Shown one piece after another: positions 1 to 10,287 of a stretch of DNA of 64,000 nucleotides (position 1 is the stretch's first letter; the number at the start of each line of letters is the position of its first letter). Both the position numbers and the translations under genes were made by a program. The notes beneath the pieces are model-generated. The model had not been told where the DNA came from. It saw only the letters and a list, made by a program, of their open reading frames with translations, and did not search any database. The stretch is from Nitrospirota bacterium. GTDB lineage: Bacteria > Nitrospirota > UBA9217. The stretch is taken from assembly GCA_963751455.1 (NCBI GenBank), contig CAVVUN010000001.1, forward strand, positions 160,001 to 224,000. Reading direction: 5' to 3'.

Positions 1-61
1 CTATATCGGCTGGTCCGGTCAGTTCGGCGCCGAGTAATTCCGCTAATTTCCCAAGTTTCAT
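1..61 (-). CDS. lpxD: UDP-3-O-acylglucosamine N-acyltransferase, 5' end only (runs off window)
   Basis: Manual translation MKLGKLAELLGAELTGPADI from ATG at 61; canonical position after bamA-skp. Confidence 0.7.
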   Translation of the reverse strand, partial: MKLGKLAELLGAELTGPADI

Positions 62-91
62 AGAAATGATTTTTGACTTCCGCTCATTAGA

Positions 92-117
92 AGACCCTTC
101 ACTTCGTTCAGGGTGAC
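92..117. repeat. REP-like short hairpin (GTCACCCTGAACGAAGTGAAGGGTCT on - strand)
   Basis: Imperfect palindrome in the skp-lpxD spacer; resembles the GTCATCCTGAGCGAAGCGAAGGATCT class of dispersed repeats (recalled, not searched). Confidence 0.4.
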
Positions 118-140
118 GGTTTTAAATTGTATAAAAACCG

Positions 141-692
141 TCACTTCTTGACGTCTTCCTGTTTGTCCATCTCCGTGATGACCTTTGCCGTCAGATCGAG
201 ATCTTCATCGGCATAAAGAATCGAGGGAACTTCGGCCTTGGAGAGAACGTTGATCGTTTTGTTCATCACGAGGGAGACCTTTTCCTTCTTGGCAATGTCC
301 TTGAGTACCGCGACCATATGCTGGTTGAACTCATTCGACAGCTCCTCGTTTTTCTTGCTGATCTCGGCGCTGAAATCGTTCCGCTTCTTGTCGAAGTCGT
401 TGATCTTTCGTCCGACCGTCTCTTCCTTCTCCTTCTGAGCCTTTTCGTTCAGGAGTTTTGCCTGTTTTTGCTTATTGTATTCTTCCTGCAGCTTTTGGAT
501 TTCATCAGCGTCCATATCCAGTATCTTCTTCCGGCTTTCATAATATTCCCGAACGATACCCTGATATTTCTTGCCGAGTTTCGTCTTGTCGAACACGCTC
601 TGCGTATCGACGTATGCGATTTTGCCTCCGGCTGCCGATGCCTGTACGGCCATAAGACTTATTGCTGCGATCATCAATAGTATCTTTTTCAT
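141..692 (-). CDS. skp: OmpH/Skp periplasmic chaperone
   Basis: Signal peptide, KIAYVD motif, coiled coil, C-terminal DLTAKVI; directly downstream of bamA. Confidence 0.92.
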   Translation of the reverse strand: MKKILLMIAAISLMAVQASAAGGKIAYVDTQSVFDKTKLGKKYQGIVREYYESRKKILDMDADEIQKLQEEYNKQKQAKLLNEKAQKEKEETVGRKINDFDKKRNDFSAEISKKNEELSNEFNQHMVAVLKDIAKKEKVSLVMNKTINVLSKAEVPSILYADEDLDLTAKVITEMDKQEDVKK

Positions 693-780
693 TGAGCCTC
701 CTCAAATCACATTGTTATAAGCAGCCAAACTGCTGCGCTGCTTGGACTTCGTAAAGCGGCTGACGAGTTCTTATTTACCG

Positions 781-3219
781 CTAGAACAGGGTGCCGATAT
801 TGAATTCGAATTGGCTCGCCTGGTCCTCGGGCTTTCTGTTCACGATATAACCCCATTCAAAGCGCAGCGGTCCGAGCGGCGACAGCCACCAGAACCCCAA
901 TCCCCAGCCTTGCTTCAAGTCACGGAAACTGATCCGTGTCGGATCGTCAGCAAGCGCTTCATCGACTCTATTTCGAAGAATATCGTCCGCGAAAGCCCTT
1001 CCAATATCGTAAAATATCACTCCCTTAAGGCGTGCAGCGGGTACCAAGGGGAAATTATATTCAAAGTTGAATATCAACTCCTTGTTGCCTCCCACCCTGT
1101 TTCCGGAGCTGTCAACCGGACCAACCGTTCCATACCTGAACCCGCGCACTGTACCACCTCCGCCGCTGGTCCCGCCGACGAAGAAGCGTTCGCCGATCGG
1201 CACCGGCTTATCGATCAAAGAGCGTATTGCGCCGATCCGGCCCCTGGCCATGAATACCGTGTCCCAGAACAGAGGGAAAAACCATGCGGAATCAGCCACG
1301 GACTTGATGAACTGAGGGTCACCGCCCAGTACCCCTCCCGCATATTCGACAAATATGCTGTTTTTCGAACCGGTTCGCGGATCCAGATAGAAATCACGCG
1401 AATCCCGTGTCAGAGATGCTGTTAAGGCACTCGTTGTTACCGCCGTTCCATAGAACTGGAGCTGCTGCTCCAGTACGTACGGATTTCGACTTGTCTCATC
1501 GATTTCCTTGACCCCGGAACTGTCGAGACTGTACCGGATCGAACCTGAAAGAAACTCATCGAACGTTTTGCCGAAGCCGAGCGCGAAACCGTTCGAATCG
1601 AGAGTGTAACCATCGTACAGCTGTGTCTGACGGTACAGATCTATTCTTCCATATACCGGTTCGTCAAAAAGATACGGCTCCATGAAGCTGAGCATCATTA
1701 TTCGATGCTTGCCGCCCCATTGCGTTTTAAATTTAAGAAGCTGGCCGCGGCCCGCCAGATTGCCTTGTGTCACTTCCGCGATTCCCACAAGCCGGTCAAC
1801 CGAGCTGTAGCCTCCGCCGACGCTCAACGTGCCTGTCATTTTCTCCCTGACCTTGACGTTCAGGTCCATGACCGGCTCCCGCAAACGCCGCTCGGGCGCG
1901 ATATCCACAGTTTCGAAGAAATTCAGATTGTTGATCCGTTCATAGCTCCGCTTGATCGCCTTCTTGCTGTACAGGTCACCTTCGTTCAGCCGCATTTCGC
2001 GCCTTACTACCTTGTCGCGCGTCTTGCTGTTGCCGGTGATGTTGATCCTGCCTATTTGGACCTCTCCGCCCTCCTGGATCTCGATATTGATTGCAACGGT
2101 CTTCCTCTCCGGGTTTATATCGAACAACGGCACAACGCTTGCGAACGGACGAGCGATGCCGTCGTAGCGGTCCATGATCCTGTTGACATCCTGCCGGAGC
2201 ATTTCCCTGCTGAAGATGTCGCCCTTTTTAAGCTTGATCTCTTTATCGAGCTCGCTGTCGGAAAGGATGGAGTTCCCCTTGAATGTGACGGAACCGACTT
2301 TGAACTGTTCGCCTTCCCGGATGTTGATGGTAACGACAAGTTCATTCTTCTCCGCGTACGTTCTCAACGGGCCGAATTCGAAACGTTCTTCATCCGGCAG
2401 CCATGTTTCCGAGCGCCTGGTGACAATCTTCGGTTTAATGACCGGCTCATCCACCTGTACCTGGATATAGCCCTTGTTGTAATACAGATTCCTGATGGTT
2501 TCCAGATCTTCGGTGAGGTCTTCGGTCCGCAGAGTGCCGCTCCTGCCCAAGAACGAAAAGAACCAGTGTTCCTGGTTCTTGAGGGGTTCCTTGATCTCGT
2601 CATCGGTCAGCGCCTTGTTGCCTGTTATGACGATATCGGACAGCTTTACTTTGTCCTTTTCTTCGATATAAAAGACGACATTCCTGTCGCCCCCGCGCAC
2701 TTCGGTAATGACCGGAACAACGACGGCATCGTAGTACCCGGAGTCCTGATATTTCAACCGTATCTTTTCCGCGGTTTCCTGGATGAGTTGGATGTTAAAA
2801 GCGGCGCGCGGAAGCAGGGTCATTCCCTCTTTCAGCTTCTCAGTCGTCAGTTCATCATTGCCTTCAAAAGAGATTTCCCGTATCAGCGGTTTTTCTCTGA
2901 CAGAGAAAATGACTTTCAGTCCGTCCTCGAACCCCTCGGTCTTGACCTGAACGTCCTCGAAATGGCCCAGCTGATACAGGCTCTTGATATCTTCTTTTAG
3001 CTGCGCCGGCGAGAACGGCTCCCCTTCCCGGGTTTTTACCTTTGCCAGAATCGTCGCAGCTTCGATCCTTCTGTTTCCCTGAACCTCGACAAACGTAACT
3101 TTTGTCTGTTCTGCTGGGTTTGTTTCTCCGGTTTTGGTTGTTTCTGAAGCCCGGCAGACCGTTTGCAGCGCGATCAGCATCAAGGCACAGCTGAGAAAAA
3201 CACCTAGTTGTCTTGCCAC
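781..3219 (-). CDS. bamA: Outer membrane protein assembly factor BamA
   Basis: POTRA repeats (VQGNRRIE, ITGNSKTRDKVVRRE), VRGF motif, terminal FEFNIGTLF; probable GTG start at 3219. Confidence 0.97.
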   Translation of the reverse strand: MARQLGVFLSCALMLIALQTVCRASETTKTGETNPAEQTKVTFVEVQGNRRIEAATILAKVKTREGEPFSPAQLKEDIKSLYQLGHFEDVQVKTEGFEDGLKVIFSVREKPLIREISFEGNDELTTEKLKEGMTLLPRAAFNIQLIQETAEKIRLKYQDSGYYDAVVVPVITEVRGGDRNVVFYIEEKDKVKLSDIVITGNKALTDDEIKEPLKNQEHWFFSFLGRSGTLRTEDLTEDLETIRNLYYNKGYIQVQVDEPVIKPKIVTRRSETWLPDEERFEFGPLRTYAEKNELVVTINIREGEQFKVGSVTFKGNSILSDSELDKEIKLKKGDIFSREMLRQDVNRIMDRYDGIARPFASVVPLFDINPERKTVAINIEIQEGGEVQIGRINITGNSKTRDKVVRREMRLNEGDLYSKKAIKRSYERINNLNFFETVDIAPERRLREPVMDLNVKVREKMTGTLSVGGGYSSVDRLVGIAEVTQGNLAGRGQLLKFKTQWGGKHRIMMLSFMEPYLFDEPVYGRIDLYRQTQLYDGYTLDSNGFALGFGKTFDEFLSGSIRYSLDSSGVKEIDETSRNPYVLEQQLQFYGTAVTTSALTASLTRDSRDFYLDPRTGSKNSIFVEYAGGVLGGDPQFIKSVADSAWFFPLFWDTVFMARGRIGAIRSLIDKPVPIGERFFVGGTSGGGGTVRGFRYGTVGPVDSSGNRVGGNKELIFNFEYNFPLVPAARLKGVIFYDIGRAFADDILRNRVDEALADDPTRISFRDLKQGWGLGFWWLSPLGPLRFEWGYIVNRKPEDQASQFEFNIGTLF

Positions 3220-3295
3220 CTTTATTGCACCCTCCGGAGTCCGCGATAAAGAACGGATTACTATAGCATTTACAAAGGGATGTGTAAACAAAATT

Positions 3296-4426
3296 CTATA
3301 AACAGAGCCTTGTTACGGCCTCGTTGGTGAGTAAAAAACCGCGCCGGGTCAGCCTCAGCATACCCGCTCTCTCTTCGATCAACCCGGTCTGCTTAAGCAC
3401 GTCCGCCTTCATCACGAGTTGCTGCCGCGCGCCAGGACCGAATTCCTTTTCATAAAGACCGAGGTCGAGTCCCCTGCTCATCCTGAGACCCAGCATTACT
3501 TGTTCATTTGCGGACTGGACGGGTTCCAGGACTTCGGCGCCTTCAGTAACGGACCGGCCGTCAAGCATCCGCGAGGCATATTCGCGGATGTCGGCAATAG
3601 TTTGATACCGTTTACCTGAAATAAAGGACCAAGCGCCCGGACCAAGTCCCAGGTATTCTCCCCGCTCCCAATAGTTGGTGTTATGGCGGCATGCAAAACC
3701 GGGAAGCGAGAAATTAGATATTTCGTAGTGATCGTAGCCGGCAGTGATCAGCCTTTCGACGGCCTGTTCATACTGGCCTGCAGTATATTCATCATCCGGG
3801 AGAGTAAATCGGCCATGAGCTGCCTCCCGTTCGAAATGGGACCCGTTGTCCAGGGATAGACAGTAGGTTGATATGTGTTCCGGCCTCATCCGCACGGCAG
3901 TTTCCACGGTCTCGTTCCAGAGCTCTTCTGTCTGACCGGGCACCCCATAAATAAGATCGATGCCAATATTGGAAAAACCCGTGATTCTAGCAAGCTTGAA
4001 CACTTCAAGAGAGTCGCGAACAGTATGGACTCTGCCGAGTTTCCCTAAAACCTCATCGGAAAATGATTGCACGCCCAAGCTAAGCCGGTTTATACCGTGT
4101 TCCCGCAAACTGCTGAAAAGGCTTATCGAACTTGTATTAGGGTTTGCTTCAATCGTCCATTCAGCGTCCGGGGAGATATGAAAACTGTCCCGAATAATAT
4201 TGATCAGCATTACCAGTTGATTCGAATCGAGAACCGTCGGCGTTCCGCCGCCGATATAGACTGTTTCGAATACCCGGTTTTTGAATGAAACTTCATATCG
4301 TGAGGCCTCGGCGCGGAGACCTTCCAGGTAACTGTGGGCAGCTTGCCGAGAATATACTGTTGAATAAAAGCTACAGTAGTGGCATTTTCTAACACAAAAT
4401 GGAATATGTACGTATATGGATAACAT
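3296..4426 (-). CDS. hemW: Radical SAM heme chaperone HemW (HemN-like)
   Basis: YVHIPFCVRKCHYCSF, GGGTPT, YEISNF, HNTNYW motifs; start likely ATG 4426. Confidence 0.92.
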   Translation of the reverse strand: MLSIYVHIPFCVRKCHYCSFYSTVYSRQAAHSYLEGLRAEASRYEVSFKNRVFETVYIGGGTPTVLDSNQLVMLINIIRDSFHISPDAEWTIEANPNTSSISLFSSLREHGINRLSLGVQSFSDEVLGKLGRVHTVRDSLEVFKLARITGFSNIGIDLIYGVPGQTEELWNETVETAVRMRPEHISTYCLSLDNGSHFEREAAHGRFTLPDDEYTAGQYEQAVERLITAGYDHYEISNFSLPGFACRHNTNYWERGEYLGLGPGAWSFISGKRYQTIADIREYASRMLDGRSVTEGAEVLEPVQSANEQVMLGLRMSRGLDLGLYEKEFGPGARQQLVMKADVLKQTGLIEERAGMLRLTRRGFLLTNEAVTRLCL

Positions 4427-4519
4427 TGTCTTCTTTATATTAATTAATGTTATAGAAGGCTGCACAACCGGGCTGGCGGTTATGATTGCAACCCATGTGC
4501 CATTCGGGATAGTGCCGTA

Positions 4520-4978
4520 TCAAGGATTTGGAATCCGAATGAGGAGCGCGGACTCATCGCAGTTGGGGAACTTGACGCAATTGAGGCAGTCGGTCCAGAT
4601 TTTATGAGGAAGTTCTTTCTTGTCCACTTCATTAAAACCGAGTTTTTTGAAAAACCCGCCTTGGTAGGTGAGGACGAATACTTTCTCAACCTGCAGTTCT
4701 GCTGCTTCAGCGAGGCACCGGCGCACCAGTTCTGAGCCGACACCCCGCTTCATCGTGTCCGGTCTAACAGCCAGTGATCTGATTTCGGCAAGTTTGTCCC
4801 AGCTGACGTGGAGCGCACAGACACCTGTAAGGTTACCGTTGTCTTCAGATACATGAAAATCACGCAAATGCTCATAGAGTTCGTTCAAAGTCCGGGGAAG
4901 CATCTGTCCGGATTCGGCAAACCCGTTAATGAGCGACTGGATATGTTTGACATCCGCCAGTTTCGCTTTCCTAATCAT
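4520..4978 (-). CDS. argA: Short GNAT N-acetyltransferase (ArgA-type N-acetylglutamate synthase)
   Basis: MLPRTLNELYE, AEIRSLAV, LPHKIWTDCLNCVKFPNCDE. Confidence 0.8.
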   Translation of the reverse strand: MIRKAKLADVKHIQSLINGFAESGQMLPRTLNELYEHLRDFHVSEDNGNLTGVCALHVSWDKLAEIRSLAVRPDTMKRGVGSELVRRCLAEAAELQVEKVFVLTYQGGFFKKLGFNEVDKKELPHKIWTDCLNCVKFPNCDESALLIRIPNP

Positions 4979-5113
4979 ACGGCAAAAACTACTATGTTAG
5001 GTCTTCAAAGTCAATAAAAAACATTACCGTTCTACGCGCTTTGCCGAAATGTGCGCGATTGCCGCTGTCACAATGTTCATACAGAATAATTAATTTTTTT
5101 GAAGCGGTTTCTG

Positions 5114-5142
5114 TTGATAGAAACAGCAGTTTCTGATAGTAT
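5114..5142 (+). promoter_or_regulatory. Putative sigma70 promoter of the Ig-like lipoprotein gene
   Basis: TTGATA-17bp-TAGTAT, overlapped by GTTTCT/AGAAAC inverted hexamers. Confidence 0.45.
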
Positions 5143-5238
5143 AGCTGCAGATTTTATTGTGGTTCTTTAGAGTAAGTGAAGCGGACATATAATCTTTCTT
5201 GTACTGAAAGCCACCGGACGAGGAGAGACCGGACTCAT

Positions 5239-6180
5239 ATGAAAATGCTGAAATATTTCATTTTGGTTGCAGTCGCCGCTTTATTAAGCGTTCTCGCTGC
5301 CGTCAGTTGTATACGGGGCGGGAAACTAGACTCGATAATCATTACGCCGGATAACCCGATCATCGCTATTGGCACAAAGCAGCAGTTTAAAGCCACGGCA
5401 CATTTTACAGACGGCACTGCGCTTACGTGGACTTCAGCGGCCAATTGGACATCATCAAACCCCGATGCAGTTGCGATTGGAAACGTGACCGGCTCATTCG
5501 GCGTTGCGACTTCTCTCACCGGTACGGGGGCCTTTACTATAATAGCAACCGATCCAGCAAATGGAATTGAAGATTCTACAACACTGATTGTTGCCGAACC
5601 AGATGCGCTTGAACTGACACCGGCCAATGCATTCATGGCAATCGGAACAACGCATCAGTTTATTGCTGCCGCTCTATTTTCAAACACGAGCGGGACCCAG
5701 AATTTGTCATCATTTGCAACGTGGAAGACGACCGTCCCGTCCGTCGCGACAGTCAGCGGTACAGGCCTTGTCACCGCAAATACGGCCACTGCCGGCTCGA
5801 CTGAGCTGGTTTCCGAATACACATTCACGGATCCAGACACTGATCTTGTTTCCAGAATATCGGACACTACTATCATAACCATAACAGAAACGGCGCTCGA
5901 TTCGATTACAGTAACTTCAGTTCCTGCCGTCGATCCACTGACGATCATGGTCGGACAGACCATGCAGTTCATAGCAATGGGAAATTACCCGGGCAGCACA
6001 GCGACGAGAGATTTTACCCAATCGGTCTCATGGACTTCCTCGGATTCTAACGTTGCAAATATCAGTAATATACCGGGTTCAAATGGTTTTGCAACAGGCA
6101 TCTCCACGGGCACAACGATCATTACGGCGACTGATCCGATAACAAACAAATTAGGAAGCATAACGCTGACGATACAATGA
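5239..6180 (+). CDS. Ig-like (Big_2) domain lipoprotein, 3 domains
   Basis: Lipobox-like AVSC; three repeats of IxITP..G.T.QF.A.....W.SS...VA.I. Confidence 0.85.
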   Translation: MKMLKYFILVAVAALLSVLAAVSCIRGGKLDSIIITPDNPIIAIGTKQQFKATAHFTDGTALTWTSAANWTSSNPDAVAIGNVTGSFGVATSLTGTGAFTIIATDPANGIEDSTTLIVAEPDALELTPANAFMAIGTTHQFIAAALFSNTSGTQNLSSFATWKTTVPSVATVSGTGLVTANTATAGSTELVSEYTFTDPDTDLVSRISDTTIITITETALDSITVTSVPAVDPLTIMVGQTMQFIAMGNYPGSTATRDFTQSVSWTSSDSNVANISNIPGSNGFATGISTGTTIITATDPITNKLGSITLTIQ

Positions 6181-6274
6181 GAACGTTGATTGTTTTTCTT
6201 GATAGAACCTGGGAAATATCACAGTATCGGCAGTCGATCTCTAATGCGGTGTTCGCGTCCCGGCAAAAGGGCTC

Positions 6275-6304
6275 TTGACTTTACAACTCTGATTGGAGTA
6301 TATT
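6275..6304 (+). promoter_or_regulatory. Putative sigma70 promoter of clpC
   Basis: TTGACT-18bp-TATATT about 40 bp upstream of ATG 6344. Confidence 0.5.
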
Positions 6305-6343
6305 TTAAGCAGGTTTGAAAAGATTTATTTAAGGCGGTTTTCC

Positions 6344-8785
6344 ATGATGTTTGAAAAGTTTACGGAACGAGGAAGAAAAGTAATTGTTTATGCTCGCGAA
6401 GAAGCCGAACGGCTTCAGAACGACTATCTCGGCACCGAGCACATCCTGCTCGGGACGCTTCGCGAGGAGGACGGCATCCCCGTCTCCGTACTCCGGAAAA
6501 TGGGGATTGATGTCGACCAGATCCGTGTTGAAGTAGAAAGGAACCTTCCTTCCAGCGGCAACACGCTCACGTTCGGCGATATACCGTTTACTCCTCGGGC
6601 AAAGAAAGTTCTCGAATACGCGGTTGAAGAAGCGCGGCTCCTCGGCCATAACTATATCGGAAGCGAACACCTTCTCCTCGGTCTGATCAGGGAAGAAGAA
6701 GGCATCGGCGGCAAGATACTTCGAAGCTTCGGAGTGAACCTGCTCGGCTCGCGGCAGTTGGTCATTAATTATCTGCGCCGCGCCGCCACCCAGGTCAGCG
6801 CTAAAAAAAGTCCCACCCCGGCGCTCGACGAATTCAGCAGGGACCTCACGCTTCTTGCAAAAAGCGGCAAGCTCGATCCCGTAATCGGTCGTGACCAGGA
6901 AATAGACCGTGTGCTCCAGATCCTGTCACGCAGGACCAAGAACAATCCCGTTATCATCGGCGAGGCCGGTATCGGCAAGACCGCCATTGTGGAAGGGCTC
7001 GCGCAGCGCATCATCAATTCCGACGTTCCCGAGAATATCCTGAACAAGCGGGTGGTATCGCTCGACCTCGGCGCGCTTATCGCAGGCACAAAATACCGCG
7101 GACAGTTCGAAGAGCGCCTCAAGATCGTGATGAAAGAAATTGTTCAGGCCGATAACATCATCTTGTTCATAGACGAACTCCATACTCTCGTCGGAGCAGG
7201 GGCCGCGGAAGGCTCTATCGACGCATCGAGCATGCTGAAACCGGCGCTGGCACGCGGAGAAGTCCAGTGCATCGGCGCAACCACGCTCGATGAGTTCAGA
7301 AAGCACATTGAAAAAGACGGCGCGCTCAAGCGACGGTTTCAACCAATATATGTGCAGCCGCCCAATGTCGAGGAAACAGTCAGCATAATCAAGGGCCTGC
7401 GTCCAAAGTACGAATCGCATCACAAGATAAGGATCACCGATGAAGCGGTGCTTGCTGCAACAAAGCTTGCAGATCGCTACATTACGGACCGTTATCTTCC
7501 TGACAAGGCAATCGATGTGATTGACGAAGCGGGCGCTAAGGCAAAGCTTAACCGGTATACGTATCCCGCGGAAATGAAGTCCATCGAGAAGAAGCTGAAA
7601 AAACTCGAACAGGAAAAGAACCTTTTCTCCCGAATAAAGGATTATGTCAGGGTTGAGTCGATCCACGAGGAAGAGGACCGTTTGAGAGAGACCCTCGACG
7701 GTATTCATAAGGACTGGAAAGACAATCAGGAAAAAAACGTCCCCGTTGTCGGCGAGGAAGAAGTAGCGGTGATCGTTTCACATATCACCGGCATCCCGCT
7801 TGCGAGGCTCGAAGAGAAAGAGGCTTCGCGGCTGCTCCGTATGGAAGAGGAACTCCATAAGCGGATCGTCGGCCAGGATGAATCCATTATTGCAGTTTCG
7901 CGCGCGATCAGACGTTCCCGCGTCGGCCTCAAAGGCCGGAAACAGCCGATCGGATCCTTTATTTTCCTGGGACCTACCGGCGTCGGCAAGACAGAACTCG
8001 CGCGCTCCCTTGCGATGTTCCTGTTCGACAGCGAAGACGCGCTTATCAGGGTCGACATGTCCGAATATATGGAAAAATTCAGTTCATCCAGGCTTGTCGG
8101 TTCCCCCCCGGGATACGTCGGATACGATGACGGCGGCCAATTGACCGAGAAGATCCGTCGCAGACCGTATTCCGTTGTGCTCTTCGATGAGATCGAGAAG
8201 GCTCACCCGGATATTTTCAACATGTTGCTCCAGGTCCTGGACGACGGGTTTATGACCGACAGCTTCGGCAGAAGAGTGGATTTCCGTAACACGGTCATCA
8301 TCATGACCTCCAACCTGGGCGCCCGGATGATCGACAAGGATACGACGCTCGGATTCCAGCAATCCAGTTCGCAGAGTCAATATGAAAAGATGAAAGGAAA
8401 CGTAATAGCCGAGTTGAAGAGATCGTTCAATCCCGAGTTTTTAAACAGGATCGACGATGTGGTGGTCTTCCACCCGCTGACCAACGAACATCTCGTAAAG
8501 ATCGTGGACATGCTCGTTGAAGAATTGAACAACCAGATGATGGTGGACCGCAGCATCCAACTCGAGGTTTCGCCCGAAGTAAAAGAATGGATCATCCGTG
8601 AAAATTACCAGCCCACTTACGGCGCCAGGCCCATGCGGCGGGCCATCCAGAAATATCTTGCAGATCCTCTTTCAGAAGAGATCCTGAGAGGCCGGTTCAA
8701 GGACATTCATAAGGTGCTTGTGGCTTTCAAGAACGGCTCGATAGAATTCCAGGAAGAAGAAGCGATTCTTCTTGCCAAGGTCTAA
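6344..8785 (+). CDS. clpC: ATP-dependent Clp protease ATP-binding subunit ClpC
   Basis: [13 protein letters not shown]-domain, two Walker A motifs ([16 protein letters not shown]), [18 protein letters not shown]. Confidence 0.96.
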   Translation: MMFEKFTERGRKVIVYAREEAERLQNDYLGTEHILLGTLREEDGIPVSVLRKMGIDVDQIRVEVERNLPSSGNTLTFGDIPFTPRAKKVLEYAVEEARLLGHNYIGSEHLLLGLIREEEGIGGKILRSFGVNLLGSRQLVINYLRRAATQVSAKKSPTPALDEFSRDLTLLAKSGKLDPVIGRDQEIDRVLQILSRRTKNNPVIIGEAGIGKTAIVEGLAQRIINSDVPENILNKRVVSLDLGALIAGTKYRGQFEERLKIVMKEIVQADNIILFIDELHTLVGAGAAEGSIDASSMLKPALARGEVQCIGATTLDEFRKHIEKDGALKRRFQPIYVQPPNVEETVSIIKGLRPKYESHHKIRITDEAVLAATKLADRYITDRYLPDKAIDVIDEAGAKAKLNRYTYPAEMKSIEKKLKKLEQEKNLFSRIKDYVRVESIHEEEDRLRETLDGIHKDWKDNQEKNVPVVGEEEVAVIVSHITGIPLARLEEKEASRLLRMEEELHKRIVGQDESIIAVSRAIRRSRVGLKGRKQPIGSFIFLGPTGVGKTELARSLAMFLFDSEDALIRVDMSEYMEKFSSSRLVGSPPGYVGYDDGGQLTEKIRRRPYSVVLFDEIEKAHPDIFNMLLQVLDDGFMTDSFGRRVDFRNTVIIMTSNLGARMIDKDTTLGFQQSSSQSQYEKMKGNVIAELKRSFNPEFLNRIDDVVVFHPLTNEHLVKIVDMLVEELNNQMMVDRSIQLEVSPEVKEWIIRENYQPTYGARPMRRAIQKYLADPLSEEILRGRFKDIHKVLVAFKNGSIEFQEEEAILLAKV

Positions 8786-8805
8786 AGTCTAAACCTCATT
8801 ATAAA

Positions 8806-8839
8806 TAAAAAAGGAGCGGTAATTCCGCTCCTTTTTTTT
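8806..8839. terminator. Bidirectional rho-independent terminator
   Basis: AAAAAGGAGCGG-taatt-CCGCTCCTTTTTTTT between convergent genes. Confidence 0.85.
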
Positions 8840-8852
8840 GTCCATACCTTTT

Positions 8853-10088
8853 TTATTTTATCACCTGATCGATAAAAATGCCTGCTGCAGCAAAAGCCTG
8901 TTCTGGGGTACCAGAACCGTCATCAAGCATAAAAATCCCCTTCCTTACGGACCTGCTGAGAAGCGCCTGTTTCCCCGATGTTTGGATCTTTTTAAACGAA
9001 ATTCCTTCCGGAAGCCTGAACGATTTCGTCTGCGGTTCGCGGTGTTCTTGAACAACCAGAAAATCGTCCAAAAAAGGGATCAGCGAGGCAACCCGCGCAG
9101 TTCTCTCTTCCTTCGGCAAGTGACTGCCGCTCGAGGAAAAAGAAACAGAAAGCGTCCTCATCCCCCGTTGTGCAGCAGCTTCATCGTCCCTGGTACTCAG
9201 CGAAACCATAAAAAAAAGGTCGGGCCGGGAATAATCACTGAGACAAAGTACATGCTGCAGCATGCTTACAGGCACCACTTCATCCCTGATGCCCATAAAA
9301 ATGCGGCATCTCTTTGCGGAAGCATCGAAGTTGAGCAGCACTGCATCGCTTTCAATGACGTCCTGCTCTATGTTCAAGCGCGGCGGGCGCCCTTCCTGAA
9401 GCACGATCTCCGAAAAGGGAACACCGAATCTTATTTCGCCTCCGTTCTTCAGCAGCGAATTGACCATTTGTTGCGCCACGGAAGCAAACCCGCCATGAAC
9501 CATGAAAGGAGCGGAATCGCACAAGGTTATAAGCGAAGAAAGCGAAAGAGCTGCGACCGGCTGCTCAAAGAAAACATGAGACTGCACATCGAGGAAGGCA
9601 AAAAATTCCGGCGTGAAGCCGTATTTGCTGAGGAAACCGCGGGCGGTCCGGTGCCTCGATAGAAAAGCTGCAAGACCTCCCTTGGCCTGCAGCTCCGCCT
9701 CTTTGCGGATATCCCGGTAAAAACGCGCGATAGCGTCTATTTCGTCCGGGAATTCCCGGCTCAGCTCTTCGAGGGTCTCTCCCTGCTCCGAATAGAGAGT
9801 GATCCGTTTCCCGGGAAGGGCTACCTGGTAGCAGGGCGAATATACGGACGCTCCCGGAGCGATTCCCAGGCTCTCCATGAATTTTTGAATCGAGCCGCCC
9901 CGTTCGAAACCGAACGACAGGTCCGGTCCGGAAAAAACAAAATTCTTCTTTCTGAAAGCCGCCCACGACCCTCCTGCGGTTGTCTCGGGAGCGAGCACGA
10001 TCACTTTTTTATTCTGCCTCGCTGCCAGGGAAGCCGCTGCCAGGCCGCCCAGACCTGCTCCGACCACTGCGACATCGTATTTCGGCAA
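8853..10088 (-). CDS. FAD-dependent oxidoreductase, phytoene dehydrogenase-like
   Basis: YDVAVVGAGLGGLAAA Rossmann motif; probable TTG start at 10088 after GGAGG. Confidence 0.75.
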   Translation of the reverse strand: MPKYDVAVVGAGLGGLAAASLAARQNKKVIVLAPETTAGGSWAAFRKKNFVFSGPDLSFGFERGGSIQKFMESLGIAPGASVYSPCYQVALPGKRITLYSEQGETLEELSREFPDEIDAIARFYRDIRKEAELQAKGGLAAFLSRHRTARGFLSKYGFTPEFFAFLDVQSHVFFEQPVAALSLSSLITLCDSAPFMVHGGFASVAQQMVNSLLKNGGEIRFGVPFSEIVLQEGRPPRLNIEQDVIESDAVLLNFDASAKRCRIFMGIRDEVVPVSMLQHVLCLSDYSRPDLFFMVSLSTRDDEAAAQRGMRTLSVSFSSSGSHLPKEERTARVASLIPFLDDFLVVQEHREPQTKSFRLPEGISFKKIQTSGKQALLSRSVRKGIFMLDDGSGTPEQAFAAAGIFIDQVIK

Positions 10089-10287
10089 GGTTCCTCCTGT
10101 ACATGTCCCCAAAAAACAGAAATTACTCTGGTCCAATGCTGGCACAGAACGAGGGGCGCTCGGTCCTGTGCATTTATAAAACTTAAAGAATCCGCTGAAC
10201 GACATGGTCACAAACAAAAAAGGAAATAGGGTTATATTGCATCTTCCTATTTCCTCTCCGTCACCTTATCATCTTCAGTAGTATGCG